Assembly: GCA_001179505.1 (NCBI GenBank)
Contig: CDMY01000520.1
Location: 124,001-188,000 of the forward strand
Direction of reading: 5' to 3'
Source: Vitrella brassicaformis CCMP3155
Lineage: Eukaryota > Protista > Chromerida
Length of the DNA: 64,000 bases
The position numbers were made by a program, and so were the translations under genes. Positions 12,064 through 24,900 of this stretch are shown here, one piece after another; positions within the stretch are counted from its first letter, which is position 1, and every line of letters starts with the position of its first letter. The notes below the pieces were generated by a model that made no database searches, had not been told where the DNA came from, and saw only the letters and a list, made by a program, of their open reading frames with translations.

Positions 12064-15000
12064 GTGAATGGACATTCATCGAGGTGTGTGACGGTGCCCT
12101 AGTGCGAATGGCATGTGCGATTTTTGCCGCGTGTGGGAAGCTAGGGAGCCGGGCGACAACAGAGGCCGGGAGGCCGAAGGGGGAGGGAGGGAGGGAGCGA
12201 CGGATGGAGGGTGCCTAGTTATGTACACTTTCATGGCTGGCTGGATGCAGTGCAGCCAGCAGACAGGTGAGTGAGTGGGTGGGTGGTATTTGTGTACATC
12301 ACCCGATGTGTCATGGGCGTGTGTGTGTGTGTGTGTGTCTTCCTCTCCCCGCTGCCCAGTGGCTGGTTGGTCGATTGGTCGGTTGGTTCTTCTGTCCAGG
12401 TGCCTAGCACAGGGTAGCGCGATCGCTCGTACGCACTTACACACACACACATGTCGTTTTGGCCGGCAGGTCCACGCAACTGCAGGTCATTATAAGCGAC
12501 AGGCAGACAGGCAGGCAAGTCACCTGGACGTCATGCGTGTCCCTGTGTGCGTCTGGATTGGGTCGAGCCATATCCCACCCCACCCCCTGCAGGCAGACCT
12601 AGACCAGACCTAGACCTACCTTCTCTCTGGTTTCTTGCTCTCACCCTTGTCGATCGTTTTTATTCATTTCAGCGACGAATGCCATGGCATGGCATGGCAT
12701 GTCTGTGTCTTTCATGTGGGTGTGGGTGTGTTTGTATGCTATGTTGTACCTATGTCTTCCCTTGGTTCTTTGACTCGTCACTCAGGGAAGTGGACGTGCG
12801 GATGGATGGATGGATGGATCAACATCAAATGGGTGGGTGGGTGGGCTGACGGCTGTGCGGGACACACCGGCATCCATCCATGCACCCATCCATCCATCCA
12901 TCCACCCACTCTGTCTGCCGTAAGTCCTTTTTCTCACCAAACGACTCTTCTATTCTCTTCTATTCGCTTGTCTCTCCACCTTCCTAGTCCGTACGTAGTC
13001 AGTCGAAAGCCGCAAGAGCACCGTTTGTCGTAGTCAGGCACTTTGCTCGATCGACCATATATGCGCCCTTTTTCACCACCGCCGCTCCAGATCTTTCTAT
13101 ATCTGTCTGTCTCTCTCTCTCTTTCTGTGTGTGTATGTGAGGGCCTGCCTCTGCCACCATCTGAGCTAATCGCTGGCCTGGCTCCCTCGTGCGTGTCGGC
13201 CGACAGCTGTGGGGATCTTTATCTATACGTCTCTATCTCTCTCTGCCTACCTAGCCTTCGTGTGTGTGTGTCCGTCGCAGTGAATGTGCTTTTATCTTTG
13301 TCTGTCTCCCCCGCCCCACCCCCTCCACCGACGCACCCTAGTCCTGCTTCGCGCAAGCACTGATCTTCCTCTCTGGATGGCAACACTGGTCTCACGGAGA
13401 GAGAGGGACAGACAGGGGCGGGGAGACACTCTCACTCCTTGTCTCATTGGTCCATCGCTCAGAGAGGGGGGGCTTTCCGGGGGGAGAGGAGGGGTGGGAT
13501 GTGGTGTTTGCTACACGCGGCTCGAAGCTGGACGAGAGCAGACAGGCAGGCAGGTCTATTCTGAGGTACAGTGTGGGGGTCCATGCGGCCGGGGGGCGGT
13601 GGGAGACTGCGGTGGGTGTATTGTTGGGCCATGCTGTGGGACTCTTCAGGACGACAATCCACTCTTTTTCACCCTCTATCTCTCTTACTCTCTTTTGCTC
13701 TCAGTCCCTGTCTGTCTGTCTGTCTGCGTCTGCAGTGCTGTTCTGCGTTCACCCGTCCCTCTCGCACCATGCTGGCACTTTTGCTCTCCGTCACTCTCTC
13801 CATCTGTCTGTCTGTCTCTGCCGGCCTGTAGGTGTGCACCTTTTGTGGGGGGGCGGGGTGTCTGTGTCTACCGGTCTGGGTCAAGATGACGCAGCAGCAG
13901 CAGCAGCAGCAGCAGAGAGTGCATACGACACGGAGCGGAGCCCCCCATCGAGTCGATCAGACAGATGTGTGACGGATGCTTGGCTTGGCTTGGGGCGGGT
14001 CTCTTTTGCAGCTTTAGATGGGGACGGTACAGAGGTCGCGTCGCGGCCAGCTGGTACGGTGCGTACGGGTATTTGTGACCCTTTGGATGGGGTTTTGTGC
14101 ACAGGTATGTCGGGCGCGCGGTCTCTCTCCCTCTCTCTCTCTGACGATGTCTGTCGGTCGGTCGGTCGGTCGGTCGGTGTGGTCGATGGGGCTGGCTGGG
14201 GGCCACGCGTGTAGATACCTCCTTCCGTGGACATATTTACGTCGTCATCACTACTCGGTCGGTCGGTTGGTTGGTCGCTCTCTCTCGCTCGTCGAGGTTT
14301 TGGCAACGTCGGCTGGTCGGTCGGGACGTGTGTGTGTGTATGTGTATGTGCGTGTGGGATGGATGCGTGTGCTCTTCTGCTAAATGGCGTGTCCGTGTTG
14401 CATCTCCGTCTTCGTTGATCGCTCCCAGACCGACCGACAGACTGCTCTCGCGTCTTTTTCGGCCACAACACTCACTACTCACTCACACAGACACGACACC
14501 ACACACGCTGCCCGCGTCATTCATTCATTCGGTCAGTCAGTCAGTCAGGTCGTTTCAAGCAGCAGGAAAAGGGAAGGGAAGGTCACACGCATGGGGCAGG
14601 TGATCCATCCAGTCTCGCCACGCAGTGCGGTGCAGTGCTCGCTGGCTGGCTGGTTGTTTTTGCAGGACTGACAGGATCGCTCACTCACTCACTCACTCAC
14701 ACACGTGCACTGCACAGGTTTAAAGGCATGCCGTCGGTTGGTCGGTCATTTCTGCGCGCAGTACAGGAGATGCGCCCGATGCGATGCGATGTCTACCGGT
14801 CGTTTTTCTTTCCTTTTGCACTCACTGGTGCTGTGTATGTGTGGGTGTGGGTGGGTGTGTGGGTGTGGATGGGTACTAGCCTGCTACAGCCATAGCCATG
14901 CGCGTGACTTGACTTGACTGGCTGGCTGGCTGGCTGGCTGGCTGACCGGCCTCTGCTTATTTGTTTCTCTCTCTCGGCACATCACCGGACTCGTCATTCA

Positions 15001-17900
15001 TTTGCACTGACTGACTGCCACAGCTGTACATGACATCACACCACACCACACCACACCACACACACAGCGAGCTGTTCTGCCCACATCCCTGTCTCTGTCT
15101 GTCTCCCTGTCTGTCTGTCTGGCGGCAATGCATTGCAATGCATGACATCACACTCACGACATCCATCCATCCCTCACACACTCGAGAGACCCGCTCCGTT
15201 TTTCCCGTCGTCAGTCAGTCAGCTAGCTGTGCATGATAGTGCTGATGCATGCCATGGCCATGGATGGATGGATGGATCAGATCGGACCAGAGGTGACATA
15301 ACTGACGCCTCTGGCCGGATCGATCCCATACACAGTCAGTGGCTCACTGACTCACTCACTGCCTTCCGGAAGGCAGTCTGTTTTTCATGTGTTTGTGTGT
15401 GGGTGTGGGTGTGGGGGGTGTGTGGGATGGGTGCTTTCCGAGCCTGTCTGTGGCGACACACACACGCTTACACACATACGCACCATCTCATCTCATCTCC
15501 ACTCACTCGGTGCATCCCTGCCTGCATGCTTACCTGTTTCACACACATGGATGGATGGATGGATGGATGGACGCGATTTGTTCAAGCCGCGGTGACGCGA
15601 TGCGATGGGATGCGATGCGATGCGATGGGATGCGATGCGATGCGATGCAAGGAGCTCTCCTTGTTCCCTGCCCCCTCCCTCCCTCCATCGGTGCCTGTGC
15701 GTGTGTGTGTGTGCGTGTTGCATGCCGTCGTGTGGTGTCGTGTGTTTAAGGGGCTAGTGTTTGCTGCTTGGCTGGCTGGTTGCTTGGCTGGTTGGTGGCC
15801 CACTTTCTTCACCAACGGACAGGATATAGGCTGCTAGGACCTCCCTGACTACTTACACACAACGAACGGGCCGCCCGGCTCCATGCAAGCAGGCAGGCAT
15901 AAATACGCGGGTGGTATTTATGGAACATAGATACGAGCTGGCCTTATACACGTACACACACTCCATCGGGCTAGGGAGGGGAGGGGAGGAATGGCAAGGC
16001 AGGTGTCTGTATGCCTACACGACCGATCTGGCTTTGCGGGTTTCCTTACAGGGCACTGGGGTGGGTTGGTTGGAGGGGGAGGGCGTTGGCAGTCTGCCTG
16101 TCTGTCTGTGTCTCTGGATGTCTTAATGTCTGCCTGCGCTCTCTCTCCCTGCTGTTCCCTCATCACCTGTGTGTACACAAGCTCTCTCCTCCGATCGCTC
16201 CTCTCTCTCTCTCTCTGCCAAGCCATTGCTTTACCGCTCATACAGGCAGACATTCATGTGTGTGTGTGTGCGTGTGTGTACTTATTTATTCATGCCTGCG
16301 TGTGTGCGTGTCAGGGGGGTGCGGGGGAAGGTAAGGCCACTAACTGGTCGTCAAGAAACCGAGTTTATAACGAAACGGCGGCACAGACAGGATGGGGCGG
16401 GAGGAGAGAGGAAGGGTGGGAAGGGGGGGCATGCACCATGCAGGCGGGCATCAGCCCATCACACCTGGGTGTGCGTGTAGGTGTGTGTGTGTGTGTGTGT
16501 GCATGGGACGTACCAGGTGGGGTGTACCGCCAAGTATTGGGGGTCTTTTCTACGTGTCGTCGCGTCTCCCACCGAACCATCCGACCAACGAAACAAACAA
16601 ACAAGCCGTTTTAACGTAACTTTCTCGTCTACCCTCTCGGTGTGTGTGTGTGTCCTCGTGAATGGATGTGGTGCGTGTGTGTCCACGGGGCGGGGAAACA
16701 AGTGCGAGGGGAGACGGATGGCATGGATGGATGGATAAATGGATGGATGGACGCGTGCAGCGTGGGACCGTTCGCCTTTCCCCCTCTCCCCCCAAACACC
16801 CCGTCACTTGAGTCACTTAGCCTGCCTCCGTGTCTGTCTGTGTGCTGTGCATTTGTCGACCGTCTGTCTCACACACATGAGGGTGACAGGGAGGGAGGGA
16901 GAGAGGGAGTGGGAAAGAAACAAAGAAAGGAAGAAACCCACCGCCCGCCCTTCGCTTGCGTAGTGTCTGTGCAGCGTTCGTGCGTGTGCGTGCGATTTTC
17001 TCTTTTGCGGTGATCTGATCTGATCGTTTTCGGCCCCCCGAGCCAATGGAACGCGAAAACGTCGGATGTTGTGCTCGTGTGTGTGTCTGTGTCGTCTGGG
17101 TCATGTGTGTGTCATGTGAGTGTTTGATTTCCATCATGGGATGGATGGATGGATGGATGCCACGCTCGCCTTCCCTTGCTGATCGATCGCCTTGTGTCTA
17201 GACCACCACAGCACAGCAGACACCTCCCTGTCTGTCTGTCGGCCTGCCTGGCTGGCTGTCTGTATCTTGCTCTTGTCGACCGCTGTGGGTGCCTGTGTGT
17301 GTGTGCGCTGCACATTTTTGTGACAAACGTCGGACAGTGAGTGCATCGCACCGCATGTGGTTGGTCCATGTGTGTACGCCGTAGCAATGCCGGCTGATAA
17401 CTGACACATACTCGCAGCCAGCTAGCTGTCCCTCAGTCCCCGCGCACCACTCCCACACCAAAAGCGACGCACATCTTGCGTTCCTTACACATCAGTCAAC
17501 ACACACACATAAAGCAGGCGGCCGGGCAAGCGCCCCCACCCCACCACCCACGCAGAGAGAGACAAATGCATCCCCTCAGATCATCTCAACCTCCCACCCT
17601 CCCTCTCTCCCTCGCTCCCTCCCTCCGTCTGTGCGTCTCAGCAACTCAGCCCCGGCGGGCTGGAAACACAACCAATCAGTCAATCTCGTACACAGTAACT
17701 GCGATCGATCAGAGCACGCACGCATCACGCGACAGATGCAGACGCAGTGAGAGTGAGAAATGAATGAATGCACCACTGATAAAAGACACCACTCACCCCT
17801 TCCCGGCCCCACATTACACAGACAGGCAGGCAGACAGACAGGCAGAGGAACTCTTCGGTCGGTGCGCGAGCCGCGACACTCCGTTCGGTCCTCACTGACA
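7500..17900. repeat. Gene-poor tract dense in mixed simple repeats: (GT)n, (GACA)n, (GATG)n, (GGCT)n, (CACT)n, (GTGAC)n near 7981-8010, (GCGAT)n near 15595-15648
   Basis: Direct reading. ORFs in this tract translate to CV/HT/ACLP runs typical of microsatellites, and no exon chain with coding-like codon usage was found. Confidence 0.75.
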
Positions 17901-17993
17901 AGAGTACGTCCACTACAGGAGAAAAAGAGAAGCAAGAGCTACAGCGGTGGACAAAACCACCCGCCCCCTCCACCCCCCACCCAAGACCGGCCG

Positions 17994-18874
17994 TCATGCG
18001 GCCAGTCTTCGGATCTGTCCGTCAGCGGCATCGATATCGATATCGACAATACTCTGTTCCTGCAGCACCTGGGCTTCGCCCTCCATCCCGAGCTGCGAGC
18101 CGCTTCGCGACACAGACACACGCAGCAGCTGGGGGTGGCCATGGCCCTTGCTGTGCGCCCGGTGGTGGCCACACACGGAGGGGAGGGGAGAGGGGTCCAC
18201 CGTGTCCAGCGGGGTGCGGCAGATCGGACAGGTGAAGTGGCCCTGGGCCATCCACCCTTCAAGGCATTCCTGACACACGTACACAGAGTCCATGCCTTGT
18301 GCATGTGTTGTGTTGCATGTGTCGTGACACGGCCTCTGCTCGGCAGGCCGGTATAGCTTACCTTGTGGAATGTGTGGTTCTGGCACGACGGGGATGTGGG
18401 GGTGGCGCACACGTCGCCCTCCTGGTACGCCGACAGGCACACGCAACACACATTCTGGCTATCGGCCGAGGCGGTCGAGTCCTCCTCGTTGCTCATGGTG
18501 GCGGTAGCGAGGTTGCCCTCCTCTGCTCGTGGCGTCGGCTCCATCGGCTCGTACCTGAAGATCTGCACCAACCAGAAAGACAAACCACAGATTCGCAGCC
18601 CCCCATGTGGATTCTCTCCTCTCGTGCTCGCCTGGAGGTCGATGAACTTGACCTTCTCGTGCGCCGGTGGCTGGTGCGGCGGTCTCCCCCTTCCCCTGGG
18701 AGAGATTACCTCGAGAGGTGAGGTGCGTCTTTGGTGTTGGTGCCGTGTCCCATCGTCTTGCTCATGGTCGCGATCTCGCCACCGGCATGCATCGAGGACC
18801 ATTAGGACTAGGGAAGGGCCGAAGCGGAGGACAATCAGAACGAAGATCACCACGATCAGCGCCAACATCGACAT
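17994..18874 (-). CDS. Single-pass transmembrane RING-H2 E3 ubiquitin ligase (ATL-like architecture)
   Basis: N-terminal hydrophobic helix MSMLALIVVIFVLIVLRFGPSLVLMVL. After splicing, C3H2C3 motif CCVCLSAYQEGDVCATPTSPSCQNHTFHK|ECLEGWMAQGHFTCPICR. Stop at 17994. An in-frame upstream ATG (18988) is also possible. Confidence 0.85.
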
Positions 18875-18948
18875 CCCTGGCCTACTTCCTTCTCCCGATC
18901 TAAGCTCGCAGACGACAAGGGAAGATCTGGCAAGTGTGTGTGCACCTG

Positions 18949-21900
18949 ATGGCACCATGTGATGGACATCATCGCCGGCGGCTCCCATTAGGGAGGTTTT
19001 CCATCAGTCTCTTTATGGGAGTCCTGCCTGTTGTCGCTGCGGTGAGTGGTGGAGCTGATGGAGAATCGGCTGCTGTGGCCAAGAGGACAGCCGCCTCGGC
19101 TGTGAAGGATGAGCCTTGCCACTGCGAGTGTGTCTGCAATGGGACTCATGGGCCGTCATGGGGAGGGGAGAGTCCCGTGTCTGCCTGGATGGCAGCTGCT
19201 TTCATCGTTGGGCGGCTAGTGGAGCGGAGGGACTCATTCGCTGCAGTTCCTCCGGCGGCTTATCTGCCTCATCGTGAGGAGGCCGATGACGACACTCATG
19301 AGCTCTCTCTCTATCAATCGCACTCGCTGCCGCGTTATCAGCGCTCAGCATCAGCACCACCGGCAGCAGCAAGCCGCCAGCTGCAGGTCGCCGAACCAAC
19401 CGACGGGCTGACGAGAGATGTCGCTGATGGCGTATCGGCTGACGCATCTCTGTTGCACGAGTACAGCGACTGGTTCACAGTCTTGGATACTCCACCTGCC
19501 GTGTCGGCCAGTGCATCTCCGGAGCAGCGTGGCCATGCCATGTCAGCTGTGGTGAAGCTGCGGCTGCTGCAGAAGTATCTGCCGTTCGGTGAGGATCGCG
19601 TGATGCCCGGCACATCGATGCGTGTGCTCGTGGGATCGGATGCTGTCAATGTCACCGATGCCGCCGAGCCGGTGATTCATGAGGACTGCACTGTGTGTGA
19701 GGAGGATGCCAGGGGGCCGCTGAGGCAGTTCATCCGTTCACTGGATGTGGAGATGAGAGGCGTCAACATGGATCCCTTCTTCCGCGTGTGCGGTCTGCCC
19801 TTCATCGTGTGCGTTCGCTTCCGGACGGCTCGTGAAGCGTTGCCAACGACCGATGAGGTCGAGTCATGGGCCGGAGGGGGGGAAGGGATGGTCGACGGCT
19901 ACATCATGGTTCTGGACCCCGACCATGAAGCTCAGCTGATCTTCCCGGAGGGGGGCGTTCGGTTCCCTACATCTTTTTACGATCTCAGGGGGCTGCTGGG
20001 CGTGGTCTTGATGAACGCGCCGCTCGACGGCAGTCTTTCTGATAGGATCGGCGATATGGTGCAGTTAAGACTGCTGTATGTCGACCAGGTCAGCGGAGAG
20101 GACAGGGGCAGGGCACACACGACCTGAAGTTGTGTGTGCTCCCTGCCGTCTTTGTGTGACTTGTAACTGTTGACAGCTGGCTGTTATGTTGCAGAGTCAA
20201 CTGAGTGGCCCACTGCCTGACGCCATCGTCTCTTTGCCGGAACTACGCGGCCTCTATTTGGATGATACCCAGCTGAATGGCACTCTGCCACCATCCTTCC
20301 ACACGATGTTCGGCAAATCACTGGAGGCGCTCTCTCTCATCCGCAACCCATTGGGCTTCAACGTGCATTCCCTCTTCCACGGCCAAGGCGCCAACTCGTC
20401 TGCGCCCGCCCCTCCCCCTCAATGCACCACTTTGAGGATAGCGAGGCTGCTAGGTGAGAGCATCACGGGATCGCTTGAGGGTGCTTTCGATGGATGTGAG
20501 TCCCTGGAGCTGTTCCACATGAGGAATACGGCCATTATTGGCGGGCTGCCGGCTCTCGAGGGCCTGCCCAACCTCCACACATTTCGGCTGGAGAACAGTG
20601 AGAATGTCACGGGCACCATCCCAGCCGCCTGGGGGAACGTCACCTCTTTGCGAGACTTGAAAATGATCCAGAGCAGGGTACGTGAGGCGCTTTAGGCAGG
20701 CACATGCGTGCATTTGTCGGCTGAGTGTATCCGGCATCTATCGTGTGTCCATTTCTGGTGCGTGTCCGATGCAGGGTATTCGGGGTGCGATTCCCGACTC
20801 GATCAATAACCTCACAGACCTTCGAACCCTCTCCATATCCATCACAAGGTCAGCAAAGACATAGAGAGATTGCACGACCCCCATGCATCTGTTGCTGTGT
20901 TGGTGTGTTCTCAGAGTGAACAAGCTGCCTGCGACAATCGAAGGCCTCCAGCGTCTGTGGGATTTGGACCTCTCACGAAACCGCCTATCTGGCGTGATCC
21001 CTGCGTGGCTGTCAAATATGCGTGGGCTGAGGAGCATGCGGCTCGACAGCAACGACTTCGAGGACTTCGAAGGCGACTGGCGAATGCCACCCATGTATGT
21101 GAGAAAGAGGAGTCAACACTTCCACGTGACGAGAGTAGTTTACGATGTGGTTGTGGTGGTGCATGCTTGCAGGTTGGAGCGGCTGCATGTGTCCAAAAAC
21201 AGTCTGAGTCGCATACCCCCAAACTGGAGACGGCTGGAAACGAGTACGTCATTCACTCACTTCAGCACCGACTGGCTCTTGTGTGTGCAATTGACTGTTC
21301 TCTGGCCTCGTCCCTGCCTGCTGTCTGTCTTTGTGTGTATGTGCAGTCAAGACTCTATATTTGTCGGATAACCGCATCGGTGATCAGCTGACGTGGGGAA
21401 GGCACTCCCTCGGTCTGCGAGCCATTACAAGTAAGCAAGGAGGGAGGACGATCAATCAATCGCTCGCAAAGCAGCTCCAATCCATCGCTGTCTGGTGTCA
21501 TATGGCCGGACAGGTCCGAGCGCCCACATCGTCGCTGAGATCCTCGCCAACCCGCCCCCCTACTGGCCGAGCATCGAGACACTATCCATCAGCAGGAACG
21601 ACTTCAACATCTCCGTTGACGAGTTCCTCATGCCATGGTCGTTCCAAAGCAGCCTCGTCAGCCTCTTCAGCCTCGAAAACGGCCTACACGGCGCCCTCAC
21701 CCCATCTGGGGTGACCGTCGTCGACCTGCAACATGTCTTGAGCGAAGGACTCCTCGACAGACCCGCATTCCGGCGCTACAAGAGGTCATTCATGGCTGCC
21801 TATGGGCTGCAGGAGAACGCCACGAGCATGAGCATGGTGGATCCAGATGCGAGTGGTGAGCCTGTCGAGGTGGACGAATTCGTTGACGACGGGTCGGTGG

Positions 21901-24900
21901 TCGACGTGGAGAAGCTCGACTATTCCGTCACAGTTGCTGACCTGTACCCCGACATTAACCTGAGGGCGCTGAAGGGATTTGAGAAGCTCCAGTGGCTTGG
22001 GGTCAACTACAATGACATTGAGGAAATCCGCGATGGATGGTATGCACGTACCAAGACTCAGGCGGTCATGAGACACACAGTCAACTGTGCCTCTCTGTGT
22101 CGTGTGCTTCGTCAGGTACTCTCTCCCCAACAAGCTGCACCGATTGCACATCGCCGGCAACCGTCTCCGGAGGATAATCATGGACACCGAGCCCCTGGAA
22201 TATGTGTGGTATACTCGACACAACTGGAAGCTTCTGCAGCGGGCCAACCTGCAGAAAAACCCAGACCTGAGAATCAAAGACGTACGGCACGCACGGATAG
22301 CGAGCGGCATTCAGGGATTTCGTGTGCATCCAATGATGTATCTTCCTGTGCAGATCAATCCCCACGAGGGTCGACCGTGCTCGGAGATTTTCGAGGGCCT
22401 GTGGCAGGGCAACACTGAGGAACTCTACGCCGACTTCTATGGTCAGTGTGTGAGCATGTGACCGACGAAAGAGCAAGGGCCTCTGCATGTGACACACATA
22501 ACAACGGTCTTCTTGTCCCTCCTTCATTCCTTCAGGATACCGGCCACTGAACGGGACGGATGGCGTCGAGTGCACCAGGCTCTGCATCGAGAGCCAGATC
22601 TTGAAGGTGAGACCACAAAAGAGGGGTGGATGCCACTCCTTCAGGCCGTCCCGTGTACACCTGCCGTCTGTCTGTCTGCCTGTCTGTATGAGTCAGGTAG
22701 ATGAAACGGTCAACGAAGAGGTATTGTGTCGTTGCATACCCGGCTATGAAGGCCACGGTCGCACCTGCACCAAATGCCCGGATGGCACATACAGCAACAG
22801 AGAAGTTGGCACCGACACCTGTCAACCGTGCCCATCAGGCGAGGGTAAGCGGAGCTCTTCTTCACAGGGGACAGTTGACGCATCCGTGTATGAGCCTTGC
22901 ATTTGTGCTTGTCCAGTGGCCCTCGACGATGGGACGGCGTGTGTGTGCGATCTCGGATATGAGTATAAAAACAACGAGTGTGGGCAATGTGCGCCAGGTA
23001 CACATCCACACGTAATCAAAGAATGAGCGGCCTATCTAGCGCCTGAATTCGTGTGTCTATGCGTATTTCAGGGACGTTCAAGCCAGCGCCGGGGAACGAG
23101 CTGCCGTGCTTTTCATGCCCCGGCAAACAGTTCACTTCTCCGCCAGGCAGCCGATCCGAAGGAGACTGCTTCTGTGAAGCCCCGTACTCTCTGTAAGCCA
23201 CTCACTCACCCACCAAATCGGTTTCCGTGCTCATTCTGACCATCTCGTTACCTGTATGCCTGCCTGCCTGCCTGCCTGTTTGCAGCGATCGCCTCCGAAA
23301 GGAGTGTTTCCTCATGCCAACTGAGAGCCTGATGCCGATGCCATCCCCCAACAGCTCAACCCTCTGCGTCACGTCACATGGCAACGGCACCGATGATGTT
23401 TCCGCCAACAGCGCCAAGGACGAAGGCATACTGGTCGTCACCGACTACCAGCGTCCTAGACCCCCTCTCGTGAATCCTGGATGGTACGAGCTGGATGTGG
23501 ATTGTTTTGTCAACGTGCCCGTGCTGCCCGCCAAGTCGACAGAGGCGCTCTCCAGAGAGATCTGCAACCATCATGACGCCATCATCAAACTCGAGATGTG
23601 GCGTGCAGAAGCAGTCATCCCGGCTTTCAACCAAACTCTGCAACTCGGTCTTGTGCGCGGCATCCCCCTGTCGGCATACACATCGGAGCCTGAACTCAGT
23701 GCAGCAAATGTGAAGTCTGAGCGGCGTAGTGCGCCGCTTAGGGGGGCGGGCGGCGGTGAAGCTGTTGCAGAAGAGCTCGCTCTGCCGCCCGTGTGGGTGG
23801 ACCCTGAGACGAACGTCACCTACCGACGGCTGCCGTTGCCGATATCAACGTAAGTATGTGTGTGCCATACACATTCTGCGCCGACTGCTGGACGTCACTG
23901 TGGTTTGCTTAGGTATGATGCACACGTGACTTCGAGGCATGTGTTGGTGCGGTGTCCTGTTCCGGAGGCCTGCGAGGGTTCGGACTGGGACAACACAACA
24001 CAGACCGTCACAAAGCTCAACAAATGCAAGGCAAGACGAGACGGCGATATGGCGCGACGGACAGCTCACTTACTGGTGTGTTGTGTGTGTATCGTCATCG
24101 ATCAAGCAGGAGGGTCACACGGGTCCCATGTGCGGCAGCTGCGACAAGGGGTGGCGGAGTGTGGGGACACTGTCGGGTCTGTGCAGGATGTGCGGCAGCC
24201 ACGGGTGGAACATCACGGGAGCCATCGTCCTGTACGTGGTCGTCTTGATCGTCATATTCATTGCCACCACACTCTCGCAGAGGTGCGGTGACACAAACGG
24301 CCGACTGGTCTGCTGCATGGCTCCATTCGTCGGTTGTGTGTCCCTGCATAGGTCGAGTGTGCTGCCTCGTGCTCATGTCCACGCGATGCTCATTAAGATC
24401 GGTCAGCAGTGAAAAAGACTCAGAAAGCGAACGAGACTGTCACTCATGCGTGTGTCTGTCATTCACAGGTCTCAACCATCTCACAGTGGTCAGTGACTCA
24501 CTCAGTCGGACACAGAGCCAGCCAAGCGACGAATGAATCCACCTCGCTTGTCTGACTGTCGTGTCCGTCTGTCTGTCTATCTGTCTGTCTGTCTGTCTAC
24601 CTGTGAATGACGCAGGTGAGTGCCCTGACATTCTTTGGCCTCCAGTTCTCTCGCATGCTCCCGCCCGAGGCCACTGAGCTCATCAGATGGGCCTTTAGAT
24701 GGGACGGTAAGTGTATGCGCAGCACACTGAAGGCAAGCAGACTGGCTGCATCGTTTGCATGCCTTTTTGTGTGTTGGTGCAGGTGGAGTGCCGACGGCAG
24801 ACGTCACGTGGGAGTGTCTGTTGAAAGACAACGGGATGCGGGGCAGCGACGCTATGCTGGCCAGGAGAGCTGCGTGGATCGTGTTTCCCCTCGTATGGTC

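Noticed and set aside
13447-14214. 255-aa ORF with a poly-Ala/poly-Gln stretch
   Set aside because: Only short patches look coding, I could not build a spliced model, and it is dominated by simple repeats
8000-17900. Dozens of 60-260 aa ORFs (Cys/Val, His/Thr, ACLP-rich)
   Set aside because: Translations of (GT)n, (CA)n, (GCCT)n and similar microsatellites; no consistent splice chain
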